Below, one piece after another: positions 1 through 8,563 of a DNA stretch of 32,637 nucleotides. The position numbers and the translations under genes are program-made. Each line of letters begins with the position of its first letter. Within the stretch, counting starts at the first letter, position 1. The stretch is from sequence record KT887559.1; one strand, written 5' to 3'. This stretch comes from Pseudomonas phage phi3. The notes below the pieces were generated by a model. That model had not been told where the DNA came from. It worked only from the letters and a program-made list of their open reading frames with translations, and searched no databases.

Positions 1-1070
1 TGTGCGACACGCGTGGCGTGTCTCCGTCTCCAAGCTGTAGGGTCAGCTTGGGGGATTTCCGCAAGGAAATCGAACGCTTGGGTATCCATCCCCGGGAACC
101 AAAACTCGCCCAGAAGTCTTTTGCCTTCAAGGACTTGCCGCAGCGGCGGTGGCAATAAAAACCCAAGGTCGTTGAGCTCTCGGCAGCACGACCGCAGGAC
201 CAGAACACCGGTCTTGGAGCGCATCCTAAAACCAACCCCTGCGGGAGAGTCGATCCCCGCTGGGGTCACCTCCTGCGTAATTTGAAACAGGAGGTAATAA
301 ATCAGGAACTGGCGGCCAGCAGGTCGTCCCTGTTCTCCCTTCCCCAAAGGAGACATGAGCGAAAGCTTTGTCTGTCATTGTCCAACCACTGCTTGTATGG
401 AGTGGCAGCGGACTCGTTGTGCGACCAACGGTAGCCTAGGGAAACGTGCGTTGCTGGTAACGGCAGGGTGCGAAGCTTTCCCGACAACGTAGCCCCCGCG
501 AGGGTGCGAATTCACCGTGAGGTGAACCGCAGAGGGTCGGAGTAGCACCGACCCAAGGCGCTAGGCTGACTGGTACGGGCAACCTAGGTGAACTGCTGAT
601 AAACACCGTAAGGATTGACGAGCCAAAGCTGCTGACAGGCTCGAACCAAAAGGTACGTGGTCGGTTATCTCCGTAGGTCGTGGAGATACGTCGCCTTCAG
701 ACCACCGGTGAAAAGGCAGGTCCTAACCCAGTCGTGTGACAGTCAGGGAACGTGGTAAGCCCGTATCGCCGCCCTCGGGGCAGGGGAGCCGTAAGGCGAA
801 CTGTTGGCGGTGCGGGTATGGGATCGCAGAGAAAGCGAACGCCAGGCTGTAATCGTCTGGATAGGGGTTGGAACATCACCCCACGGGAAACCGGGCAGAC
901 TTCTGCGTGGTCTTTCGTCGCAAGAACTCTGATTGAACCTGTCTCAATGAACCCAGGGCTCAGCAACATCGAGCCCACACAAACCAACCTTGGCGGGGTG
1001 CGCGCATCCCGTCAGGGACCGGCGTGCGCCTTCCGCTCGGGTGGACTAACCATCATGAGAGGAAAGCAGC

Positions 1071-2756
1071 ATGAAAGAACTCAGCCCATCGGCCGGGTCT
1101 GCGCTTTCCGGCGCTCCGCAGCAGTGGCACGACATCGACTGGTGTCGGGTCCAGCGGAATGTCCGGGGAATGCAGGTACGGATTGCGAAGGCTTGTCGGG
1201 AAGGCAAATGGCGCAGGGTGAAGGCCCTACAACGGATGCTGACCCGCTCGACGTCGGCCAGGTACCTGGCTGTACGGAGAGTCACTGAAAACCAGGGCAA
1301 GCGCACGGCGGGAGTCGACCGCGTGCTCTGGGATACGCCTGACACCAAGTGGAAAGCGGCACAAGGGTTGAAAAGGCGCGGGTACCAACCTCGGCCTCTA
1401 CGGCGAGTGTTCATCCCGAAGTCGAACGGAAAGGAGCGCCCCCTGGGTATCCCGACCATGACTGACAGGGCAATGCAGGCACTCTACCTGCTCGCTCTGT
1501 CGCCCATTGCAGAAACCACCGGCGATCCGAACAGCTATGGCTTCAGGATCGAGCGATCCACGGCGGATGCAATGTCCCAGTTGTTCGTTTGCCTATCCGG
1601 AAAGGCTTCGGCCCAATGGATACTGGAGGCGGACATACAAGGGTGTTTTGACCACATCAATCATGACTGGCTACTGAACCATGTCCCCACGGACAAGGTG
1701 ATCCTCCGGAAATGGTTGAAGGCCGGCGTGATCCACAAAGGCCAGCTCCAGGCAACGGATGCTGGAACACCTCAAGGCGGAATCATCTCGCCTACTTTGG
1801 CAAACATGGTGCTCGATGGCCTGGAATCACAGCTCAAGCGACACCTGGGCGTGACAAGGGCGAAGAAGCTGAAACTCAATGTGGTGCGCTATGCGGACGA
1901 CTTCGTCATCACCGGTGTCTCTCCCGAGGTACTGGAGAAAGAAGTCAAACCCTGGGTAGAGCAGTTCCTGGCGGTACGCGGGCTGCAGCTCTCTCTGGAG
2001 AAAACGCGGATCGCCCACATAGATCAGGGCTTCGACTTCCTCGGTTGGAACTTCCGCAAGTACAACGGGAAGCTTCTGATCAAACCCAGCCAGAAGAACG
2101 CGAAAGCGTTCTACGGCAAGGTGAAGGAGGTCATCGAAACCAGCAGGACGGCAAGGCAAGAGGACTTGATCCGAACGCTGAATCCGATTCTGCGCGGCTG
2201 GGCGCTGTATCACCAGCCAGTGGTTGCCAAGCAAACGTTCAGCCGCATGGACAACAGAGTGTTTCTCAAGCTCTGGCGTTGGGCGAAACGGCGGCACCCG
2301 AACAAGTCACTGGATTGGATCAGGAGGCGATATTTCCGGATTCACGGGGACAAGACTTGGGTGTTCGCTACCACGGTGCTGGAAAGCAACGGTAAGAAAC
2401 GGGAGGTCGCGCTGTACTCGCTGGCGAGCACGCCGATTGAGCGACATAGGAAGGTGAGTGGGGAATACAACCCCTACGATCCAGCCATGGAAGCAATAGG
2501 TGAAAAACTGCGAACGGAACGGATGTTGAAAAAGCTGAAGTACCGAACTCAGATCAGAAACCTATACCTCTCCCAGAAGGGGCTCTGCTCGCTCTGCAAC
2601 CAACCGATAACCAGGGAAACCGGGTGGCACGACCACCACATCCTCTATCGCTCACAAGGCGGTGGAGACTCCCTGGAGAACCGGGTACTATTGCACCCCG
2701 CTTGCCACCAGCAACTCCATGCTCGTGGTCTGACAGTAAGCAAGCCGGCCCGTTAG
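1071..2756 (+). CDS. Group II intron-encoded protein: reverse transcriptase / maturase with C-terminal HNH endonuclease (En) domain
   Basis: 561 aa. RT motifs include the YADD box (VRYADDFVITG), followed by a maturase/X domain and a C-terminal HNH motif (HDHHILYRSQGGGDSLENRVLLHPACHQQLH). A good RBS (GAGAGGAAAG) precedes the ATG. The ORF sits between intron domains III and V. Confidence 0.95.
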   Translation: MKELSPSAGSALSGAPQQWHDIDWCRVQRNVRGMQVRIAKACREGKWRRVKALQRMLTRSTSARYLAVRRVTENQGKRTAGVDRVLWDTPDTKWKAAQGLKRRGYQPRPLRRVFIPKSNGKERPLGIPTMTDRAMQALYLLALSPIAETTGDPNSYGFRIERSTADAMSQLFVCLSGKASAQWILEADIQGCFDHINHDWLLNHVPTDKVILRKWLKAGVIHKGQLQATDAGTPQGGIISPTLANMVLDGLESQLKRHLGVTRAKKLKLNVVRYADDFVITGVSPEVLEKEVKPWVEQFLAVRGLQLSLEKTRIAHIDQGFDFLGWNFRKYNGKLLIKPSQKNAKAFYGKVKEVIETSRTARQEDLIRTLNPILRGWALYHQPVVAKQTFSRMDNRVFLKLWRWAKRRHPNKSLDWIRRRYFRIHGDKTWVFATTVLESNGKKREVALYSLASTPIERHRKVSGEYNPYDPAMEAIGEKLRTERMLKKLKYRTQIRNLYLSQKGLCSLCNQPITRETGWHDHHILYRSQGGGDSLENRVLLHPACHQQLHARGLTVSKPAR

Positions 2757-2773
2757 GGGGCTTTGAAAGGCTT

Positions 2774-2845
2774 GAGCCGTATGCGTTGAAAGGCGCACGT
2801 ACGGTTCTTAGGGGGGGATGGGCCAGCAATGGCCCATCCCCACCC
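2774..2845 (+). ncRNA. Group II intron catalytic domain V (2774-2807) and domain VI with branch-point bulged A (2811-2845)
   Basis: The 34-nt DV is nearly identical to the ai5gamma/consensus DV (GAGCCGUAUGCG..GAAAG..CGCACGUACGGUUC). DVI is a 13-bp stem with a GNRA (GCAA) loop and a single unpaired A at 2842. Confidence 0.8.
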
Positions 2846-2853
2846 GACTCTGG

Positions 2854-2930
2854 GGGCCTATAGCTCAGTCGGTTAGAGCAGAGGACTCATAATCCTTTGG
2901 TCCACGGTTCGAGTCCGTGTGGGCCCACCA
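2854..2930 (+). tRNA. tRNA with anticodon CAU (tRNA-Met, or possibly lysidine-modified tRNA-Ile2); it is the prophage integration target
   Basis: Cloverleaf read by eye: acceptor GGGCCTA/TGGGCCC, D arm GCTC-AGTCGGTTA-GAGC, anticodon stem GAGGA/TCCTT with loop CTCATAA (CAT), variable loop TGGTC, T arm CACGG-TTCGAGT-CCGTG, discriminator A and encoded CCA. The C4-G69 and C5-G68 pairs resemble E. coli tRNA-Ile2 (ileX). Confidence 0.85.
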
Positions 2931-4101
2931 CCTTCAAAGCCGCGCACTGCGCGGCTTTCGCCTTTCTGGCCCACCGAAATAGCCCCCCTTCCGATTTCAT
3001 TTCCTCGCCTTGGTCCACAAAAGGTCCACACCGTCCAGCGAGCGGGTGCAGGTGGACCACCTCGGCCATGTGGCCAGGACTGAAATGGGCATAGCGCATG
3101 GTCATCTGTAGCGAGGCATGGCCCAGGACCCGCTGCAACGTGATGATGTCGCCACCGTTGCGCATGTAGTGGCTCGCGAACGTGTGCCGCAGGACGTGTG
3201 TAAGCTGCCCTTCCGGCAGATCCAATCCAACAGCCTCAACAGCCCGGCGGAACGTGTTGTAACCGCTCCGGAATGGCAGCGCGGCCAACAGGCGGCGCTC
3301 TAGGTCTTTGGAGATCGGGACAGAGCGGTTCTTACTCGACTTCGTGCGGCTGTAATGCACCATGCCGCCATGCACCTGGCGCACCTGCAGGGACTCGGCC
3401 TCACCCCAGCGCGCCCCCGTGGATAGGCAGACTTCGGCGATCAGCCCCGCCGCTGAGTCCCGGGTGTTGAGTTCGTCCAGGAGCGCATCAACCTGGTCAA
3501 GCTCCAAGCACACCATCTCCGCGTCGTCGAACTTCAGCGGGCGCACGCTGGCCAGCGGGTTGTCACCCCGCCACTCACCAAGCCGGCTCAACTCGCTGAA
3601 AACGGCGCTGAGGTAGGCCAGTTCATGGTTCAGAGTGTTTGCACCGACGCCCTTACCCGCCGCCCCTTTGCGCCGGCCCCTGCCGACGCTGGATCGAACG
3701 TGCCGGCCCTCGGCGCGCTCGGCGCGATACTGCGCGAACATCGCCGCATCGAACCGGTAGGCCTTCGGATCTCCCATGCGCTCGGCCATCGCTTCCAGCA
3801 GGCGCAGCCGCTCGGCCCCCGTCTTCAGGTTCTGGCCGTGCAATGAGAACCACAACCGCACCAGCTCAGACAACCGGCGTTCGTCGCGGGCCGGGCGCTT
3901 CTCGAACTCGCCCCGAGCACCGTCACCCATAGCCCGGTTCTGGAAGTACATGGCCTCGTTCTTCGAACGAAATTTCTTGCGGATCCTGGGGCCATAGCGC
4001 CCTTCCGGCCGGCAGTCCACCAGCCATTGGCCGTCATCCAGCTTCTTGATCGACACGGCGCTATACCGGGCTGACCTGGCCGCACTTCGGCGCGGTGTCA
4101 C
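2887..4101 (-). CDS. int: Phage tyrosine integrase (P2 Int-like)
   Basis: The N-terminus [28 protein letters not shown] matches the P2 Int N-terminus. The C-terminal catalytic region is [38 protein letters not shown] (R..H..R..Y). The ORF (GTG start as reported) reads through the antisense tRNA. The true stop and 3' end overlap the tRNA 3' half, as is typical for attP/int organisation. Confidence 0.9.
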   Translation of the reverse strand: MTPRRSAARSARYSAVSIKKLDDGQWLVDCRPEGRYGPRIRKKFRSKNEAMYFQNRAMGDGARGEFEKRPARDERRLSELVRLWFSLHGQNLKTGAERLRLLEAMAERMGDPKAYRFDAAMFAQYRAERAEGRHVRSSVGRGRRKGAAGKGVGANTLNHELAYLSAVFSELSRLGEWRGDNPLASVRPLKFDDAEMVCLELDQVDALLDELNTRDSAAGLIAEVCLSTGARWGEAESLQVRQVHGGMVHYSRTKSSKNRSVPISKDLERRLLAALPFRSGYNTFRRAVEAVGLDLPEGQLTHVLRHTFASHYMRNGGDIITLQRVLGHASLQMTMRYAHFSPGHMAEVVHLHPLAGRCGPFVDQGEEMKSEGGLFRWARKAKAAQCAALKVVGPHGLEPWTKGL

Positions 4102-4300
4102 CAGTCATGAGCCAAAGCACGTACTTCTTGAAACGCTCATGGCCTGCGATCTTCAGCAACGCAATGGAACTCACCTCAACTCGCAATCCCAGCTCATATT
4201 TCTTGTAACTGCTCAGGGCGATCCCGGTCGCGTCGCACAGTTCAGCCTGAGTAAGACCTTCCTTTAGCCGGATTGCTTTCAGCTTCTCGGCAAGCTCCAT
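4061..4300 (-). CDS. XRE/Cro-CI family helix-turn-helix repressor (P2 C-like immunity repressor)
   Basis: 79 aa. The HTH motif is [32 protein letters not shown]. It lies immediately upstream of int and in the same orientation, as in P2 C-int. Confidence 0.8.
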   Translation of the reverse strand: MELAEKLKAIRLKEGLTQAELCDATGIALSSYKKYELGLRVEVSSIALLKIAGHERFKKYVLWLMTGDTAPKCGQVSPV

Positions 4301-4315
4301 CTACACATTCCCCTC

Positions 4316-4362
4316 TTGACATGGTTCCGTTTGGGTACCTATTCTTGGTTCCGTATGGGTAC
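4316..4362. promoter_or_regulatory. Immunity switch region: sigma70-like promoter (TTGACA 4316-4321, 18-bp spacer, TATTCT 4340-4345) overlapped by two 17-bp direct repeats TGGTTCCGT(T/A)TGGGTAC (4322-4338, 4346-4362)
   Basis: The repeats and hexamers were read directly. The region lies between the divergent repressor (minus) and the 4398 ORF (plus), the position of P2 Pe/Pc operators. Confidence 0.5.
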
Positions 4363-4397
4363 TTTTATCCCCAATAACCATCAAAGAGGTTAACAGA

Positions 4398-4628
4398 ATG
4401 CAGATTGCCATCGACACGCCGTATGTGACCGTCAAGGAGTTCGTCCGACGCTCCGGGCAGTCCACCAGTGCAGTGGAACGCGAGATCAAGCGCGGTAACT
4501 ACATCATCCGGCCGAAGGAGGAGGGTTCGAAGTACGCCGTTCTAATAAACATGGTCCACCTGGCCCTGGAGGCGGCAGAACAGGCGCAACAGGTGCGTAG
4601 CGAATCGAAATCCGGCAAGCAGCAATAA
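4398..4628 (+). CDS. Small DNA-binding protein, putative Cox/excisionase-like early regulator
   Basis: 76 aa, divergent from the repressor and first gene of the rightward early operon. An HTH-like segment (VTVKEFVRRSGQSTSAVEREIKRGNY) is present. An RBS (AGAGG) precedes the ATG. Function is inferred from position only. Confidence 0.55.
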   Translation: MQIAIDTPYVTVKEFVRRSGQSTSAVEREIKRGNYIIRPKEEGSKYAVLINMVHLALEAAEQAQQVRSESKSGKQQ

Positions 4629-4637
4629 GGGGCCGGA

Positions 4638-7328
4638 ATGAACGCACGTGTAAACCAGGACCAGTTCGACGAGATCTACCGCCAGGACGTTCTGCCGGCG
4701 CTGGAAAGCGACGCCGAGCTGGATTTCAAGCCGCATGAGGCGTCGGAAAAGTACCTGAACAACGGGGTATGCCCAGGCTGTGGGAAGCGCTCGCTGTACA
4801 TCAGTCGCCAGAAGCCCTTTCAGCTGAAATGCAATCGGCTCAACAAGTGCCAATACGAAGAGAAGACCCGCGACCGTTACTCCTACCTGTTCGAAAACCT
4901 CTCCGATCGCTTCCCCCGATCGGAGGCCGACCCGCACGCCACCGCTCGCGCTTACCTACAGCGTGCTCGCGGTTTCAACACTGATCGACTTGCCGGTTGC
5001 TACGAGCAAGCACGGTACAAGACCAAGAGCGGCGAGTGGGTGGAAACCGTCCGGTTCCCGCTGTGCGACGGCTACTGGGAACGCCTGATCGACCAGCGCG
5101 GGATCCAGGCCAACGAAGGCAAGAAGGCCCACATCAAGTACGGCACCAACTACCAGAACAAGGGGTGGACACCACCTGGCCAGGTCATCGAGAAGAACGA
5201 CAAGGTATTCATCGTCGAAGGGATCTTCCATGCCATCGCGCTGTGGCTCGCCGGCTATAAGGTGATCGCCTCGATCTCGGCCAACAACTTCCCTTGGGCC
5301 TACGTCGACGAGCACCAGGGCAAGCTGGTGACGTGGACACTCGCCCTGGACAACGACAAGGCCGGCCGCACCTTCACGGTGAAATACCGCAAGCAGTTGG
5401 TGGAAAGGAACGAGCTGGTGGCCGTCGCTCTGCTGCCGCAGCAGGCCAACGGAACGGCCCAGGACTGGGACGACGCCTACAGGATCGGCCAGTTGGACGA
5501 AACCCTGGTGAACGATGCCCTGTATGAGGGCCGGCTGTTCACGGCGCCCACACCGCTGAACAGGGCCTATGTCATGTTCCAGCGCCTGAACCGGACGTTC
5601 TTCCTACTGGAGTTTGGCAACCGCCTGTACTCGGCCAGGGTGAACAAGAACGAGCTGCAGACGGATGGCGAAACCCCGGATGGCGGTTTCCTGGAAGAGT
5701 TCAAGAAACACGCCACGGTCGAGCAGGTGGCCAACTGCGTGCCGGCCTTTGAATACATCCAGCGCGACACCATCACCGGCGAACAGCAGTTCTTCTTCCG
5801 CTTCACCTTTCCCAACGACCGGAACAGCGTGACCGTCGCCCTGGCGCCCAGCTCGATCAGCGAGCCGCGGGCGTTCGCAAAGGCCCTCCTCGAGCGCACC
5901 CCGGGCGGGATCTTCGACGGTGGCGAAAAGGTGCTGTCGATGCTCCGTAGCCAATGGATGGACAACCCGGACACCGTGCGAACCCTGCCGTTCGTGGGAT
6001 ACGACGAGGAAACGGGAGCCTACTGCTTCCAGGACTTCGGGTTCGTCAACGGCCGCGAACTGCATGCCAACGAGCATCGCTATCTCGACACCGGCAAAGG
6101 ATCCCTGAAAACCGCACTGGCCAGCCTGCATATCGCCCACGTTGAGCAGATCAACCTGGACTGGTTCGACGACCTGGTGGCCGTACACCAGATGAACGGC
6201 CTAGCCGCGCTGTCCTGGTGGACCGCCTCGCTGTTCACTCAGCAGATCAAGCAGAAGCTCGGCGCTTTCCCATACCTGGAATTCACCGGGCAAGGTGGAT
6301 CGGGGAAGTCATCCCTACTCCGCTTCCTGTGGTGCCTCGTCGGCCGCTCCAGTCATGAGGGGATCAAGCCAAACGGCGGAGGTACCAGTAGCGTAGGCCT
6401 GGCCCGCGTACTCGCCCAGGTCAGCAACCTGCCGGTAGTGCTGATCGAGTCCGACAGCGAAACCACCGACAGCCAGGGCCGAGTGATCGTCAACCAGTTC
6501 AACTGGGACGAATACAAGAACCTCTTCGACCACAACGGCACCTTGCGCACCATCGGCACTAAGTCCAACAGCAACGACACCCACGCCCTGATTTTCCGTG
6601 GAGCGCTGTGCATCGCGCAGAACAACCGCGTTTCCTCCACCGAACAGTTCCTTACTCGAATCGTCCACCTACACGCGACCAGGGAACACCACACGACAGC
6701 CCTCAAAGTGGTTGCCGACCGGCTCCACAGCCTGACGGTCGAGGACCTGGCCGGATACCTGCGGCTCTGCCTGGCCAACGAGACCCAATGGCTGGAACGC
6801 TTCCACAGGTCGCGGGAAACGTACCTGAAGCTCCTACGCGGCGTGGATGCCCTCAAGAACATGCGGATCATCGACTGTCACGCCACGGTCATGGCGGCCG
6901 CCTACGCCACCCAGGCGTTCTTCCCGAGTTGGTCGGACGATCTACTGCGTCAAGTCGTGCAGCACCTCAAGAACCGAGCGCTGGACCGCCAGCAGGTCAT
7001 CAGCAGCGAACCCGAGCTGCTGACCAAGTTCTGGAGCATCTATCACTTCGTGAACGAGCGAGTGGTGACGATCACCGACCAGAACGGTACCCGGGAGGAG
7101 ATCCACGAAACCCTCAATCACTCGACGGATCCAGCGCTGATCGCGATCAACCTGGAGCACTTCACCCAAGCGGCCAAACACGCCGGACAGGAACTGCTGC
7201 CTACGACTCTGCTCCGCCGTGACCTACCACGGAGCGAAACGTACCCCTTTGTCGGTAACGCAAAGGTCCGTTCCGCCCTGGAGAAACGCCCATTGCAATG
7301 CTGGCTCTTCAGGAAGCGCTGCGGGTGA
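4638..7328 (+). CDS. Bifunctional DNA primase/helicase (zinc-binding + TOPRIM primase + P-loop NTPase; P4 alpha / D5-like replication protein)
   Basis: 896 aa. The N-terminal zinc finger is CPGCGKRSLYISRQKPFQLKCNRLNKC. The TOPRIM motif is VFIVEGIFHAIAL...LALDNDKAGR. Walker A is FTGQGGSGKSS and Walker B-like is PVVLIESDSE. It occupies the position of P2 gpA/B. Confidence 0.9.
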   Translation: MNARVNQDQFDEIYRQDVLPALESDAELDFKPHEASEKYLNNGVCPGCGKRSLYISRQKPFQLKCNRLNKCQYEEKTRDRYSYLFENLSDRFPRSEADPHATARAYLQRARGFNTDRLAGCYEQARYKTKSGEWVETVRFPLCDGYWERLIDQRGIQANEGKKAHIKYGTNYQNKGWTPPGQVIEKNDKVFIVEGIFHAIALWLAGYKVIASISANNFPWAYVDEHQGKLVTWTLALDNDKAGRTFTVKYRKQLVERNELVAVALLPQQANGTAQDWDDAYRIGQLDETLVNDALYEGRLFTAPTPLNRAYVMFQRLNRTFFLLEFGNRLYSARVNKNELQTDGETPDGGFLEEFKKHATVEQVANCVPAFEYIQRDTITGEQQFFFRFTFPNDRNSVTVALAPSSISEPRAFAKALLERTPGGIFDGGEKVLSMLRSQWMDNPDTVRTLPFVGYDEETGAYCFQDFGFVNGRELHANEHRYLDTGKGSLKTALASLHIAHVEQINLDWFDDLVAVHQMNGLAALSWWTASLFTQQIKQKLGAFPYLEFTGQGGSGKSSLLRFLWCLVGRSSHEGIKPNGGGTSSVGLARVLAQVSNLPVVLIESDSETTDSQGRVIVNQFNWDEYKNLFDHNGTLRTIGTKSNSNDTHALIFRGALCIAQNNRVSSTEQFLTRIVHLHATREHHTTALKVVADRLHSLTVEDLAGYLRLCLANETQWLERFHRSRETYLKLLRGVDALKNMRIIDCHATVMAAAYATQAFFPSWSDDLLRQVVQHLKNRALDRQQVISSEPELLTKFWSIYHFVNERVVTITDQNGTREEIHETLNHSTDPALIAINLEHFTQAAKHAGQELLPTTLLRRDLPRSETYPFVGNAKVRSALEKRPLQCWLFRKRCG

Positions 7329-7401
7329 CGTCGGCGTGTTTCTTGAGCGTTTAGGGGGGCAGCTGGGTTTTTTTGAAAATGCGTGTAGTCCCCTGGTTTG
7401 T

Positions 7402-7720
7402 CCGGAACATCCGGAACATCAATAGATATAAGAAATAAACTCTTTATTAATCAGATAGTTACAAGAGAAAAACTGTTCCACCTCTACTGGAACAAACCGG
7501 AACAACTGGAACAGATTTGTTCCGGCATGTTCCGGCAATGTTCCAGTAGCGAACTTTCATCGGAACAGCCTGTAAGTCACGTGGCACTAGGGATACAGCG
7601 ATTTCCACTTTTTACCTGTTCCGGTTTGTTCCAGTAGTGCCGGAACAAGCTGGAACAGCTGGAGGCCACGAACGACGCGGGTTCCAGATTTCCACCACCC
7701 CCTTGTTCCGGATGTTCCGG
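7402..7720. repeat. Iteron array / putative replication origin: about 17 copies of GTTCC(G/A)G / C(C/T)GGAAC half-sites (palindrome TGTTCCGGAACA) in both orientations over about 320 bp, with an AT-rich segment (7421-7470)
   Basis: Copies were counted by eye at 7402, 7411, 7475, 7488, 7497, 7507, 7518, 7528, 7539, 7561, 7617, 7628, 7640, 7651, 7681, 7704 and 7713. The array lies immediately downstream of the primase-helicase gene, analogous to the P4 ori/crr iterons. Confidence 0.6.
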
Positions 7721-7769
7721 ACATAGCGGGGGTATACACGAAACGCATTTTTTTCAGGAGAGAACAACG

Positions 7770-8171
7770 ATGGACGCCACCCAACCACTCGCCCAGGACC
7801 TGGCCCGCCTGGTCGGCCCGTTCGACCTGGCCAGCAGCACCGCGCACCAGGACTTTCTGTACTGGTGGCGGCGCGGCGCCAAGCTGCTGCGCCTGCCGCA
7901 GCTGCAGCCCCGGCAGGACCGTCACTGGGAAGTCCCCGAGATCGAGGACGCCCAGCTGCCGCGGATGCTGAAAGCGCTGCACGCCCTGGACGAGCCCCGC
8001 CAGGCGCTGCTGCTAACGATGCTCGGCCTGGCCGGGTTCAAGCGCTCGGCCTGGCTGCACCAGGAAGCCGGCCTGGAGTTCGGCCAACTGGCCGCCTGCC
8101 GGCTCGGCCACGACGTGTTCCAAGTGATGGTCGGCCTGCTGGCCAACCACCGCGAAACCCCCAACCACTGA
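7770..8171 (+). CDS. Hypothetical protein (133 aa), first gene of the post-replication cargo cluster
   Basis: ATG with an AGGAGAG RBS 7 nt upstream. No recognisable motif. An alternative overlapping frame (7865-8374) is Arg/Pro-rich and judged a high-GC artefact. Confidence 0.5.
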   Translation: MDATQPLAQDLARLVGPFDLASSTAHQDFLYWWRRGAKLLRLPQLQPRQDRHWEVPEIEDAQLPRMLKALHALDEPRQALLLTMLGLAGFKRSAWLHQEAGLEFGQLAACRLGHDVFQVMVGLLANHRETPNH

Positions 8172-8186
8172 GAAAGGAGAATCCCC

Positions 8187-8534
8187 ATGAACGAATCCAT
8201 CAGCGCCGCCATGGCCAAGATCTACGCCTACGACCAGGAGCGTCCCGCCCTGATCGCCGCCGGGAACCAAGCGCTGGTCCGCCTCGCCCCCATCGCGCTC
8301 CAGCCCACCGACCAAGCGCGCACCATTGGGCGCTTCCTGCTCGGCCTCTACAACGGCGAGGAGTTCCCTTTTGACCTGACTGACCTTCGCGGCCTGGATC
8401 TGGATCTGTTTCAGGACTGCCTGGCGGTCCTGGTCATGGACTACAGCCCCGAGCTGGAGGTCCACGAGCGGGTCCCCGATGGCGATGCCATCTGGCAGCG
8501 CCTGATCGAGCTGTGGGCCCCGGAAGCGGCTTAA
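8187..8534 (+). CDS. Hypothetical protein (115 aa), paralog A of a tandem pair
   Basis: Strong RBS (GAAAGGAGAA). Shares the motif GR(F/L)LLGL..GE..PF(D/N)L.DLR.LD...QD..L.V...D...WAP with the next ORF. Confidence 0.65.
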   Translation: MNESISAAMAKIYAYDQERPALIAAGNQALVRLAPIALQPTDQARTIGRFLLGLYNGEEFPFDLTDLRGLDLDLFQDCLAVLVMDYSPELEVHERVPDGDAIWQRLIELWAPEAA

Positions 8535-8563
8535 CCCCTCAACCACCGACGAAGGACAACACG

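Larger units (their letters stand above)
419..2848 (+). mobile_element. Group II intron (bacterial IIB-like, ORF-containing), about 2.4 kb; domains I-III, the intron-encoded protein in domain IV, then domains V and VI
   Basis: GTGCG (GUGYG 5' consensus) at 419-423 lies about 650 nt upstream of the ORF ATG, the usual DI-DIII length. The intron-encoded ORF spans 1071-2756. A canonical domain V sits at 2774-2807 (GAGCCGTATGCGTTGAAAGGCGCACGTACGGTTC, catalytic AGC triad). Domain VI hairpin at 2811-2845 has a GCAA tetraloop and bulged A2842. The 3' end, about 6-7 nt after the bulged A (..GAC, around 2848), is approximate. The alternative 5' end at position 2 (TGTGCGAC is also present at 1-8) was considered less likely. 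Confidence 0.7.

Noticed and set aside
2-418. Placing the group II intron 5' splice site at position 2 (GTGCG at 2-6)
   Set aside because: That would give about 1070 nt before the IEP ORF, far longer than the usual roughly 550-700 nt, whereas GTGCG at 419 gives about 650 nt. It is kept as an open question in findings because the octamer TGTGCGAC is duplicated.
7340-7372. Intrinsic terminator after the primase-helicase (GGGGGGCAGCTGGG followed by TTTTTTT)
   Set aside because: No convincing complementary stem precedes the T-tract apart from the self-complementary CAGCTG hexamer. The evidence is too weak to call.
7395-7725. CRISPR array
   Set aside because: The repeat units are only 7-8 bp, occur in both orientations with irregular spacing, and have no spacer structure. 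Iterons or binding sites explain the pattern better.
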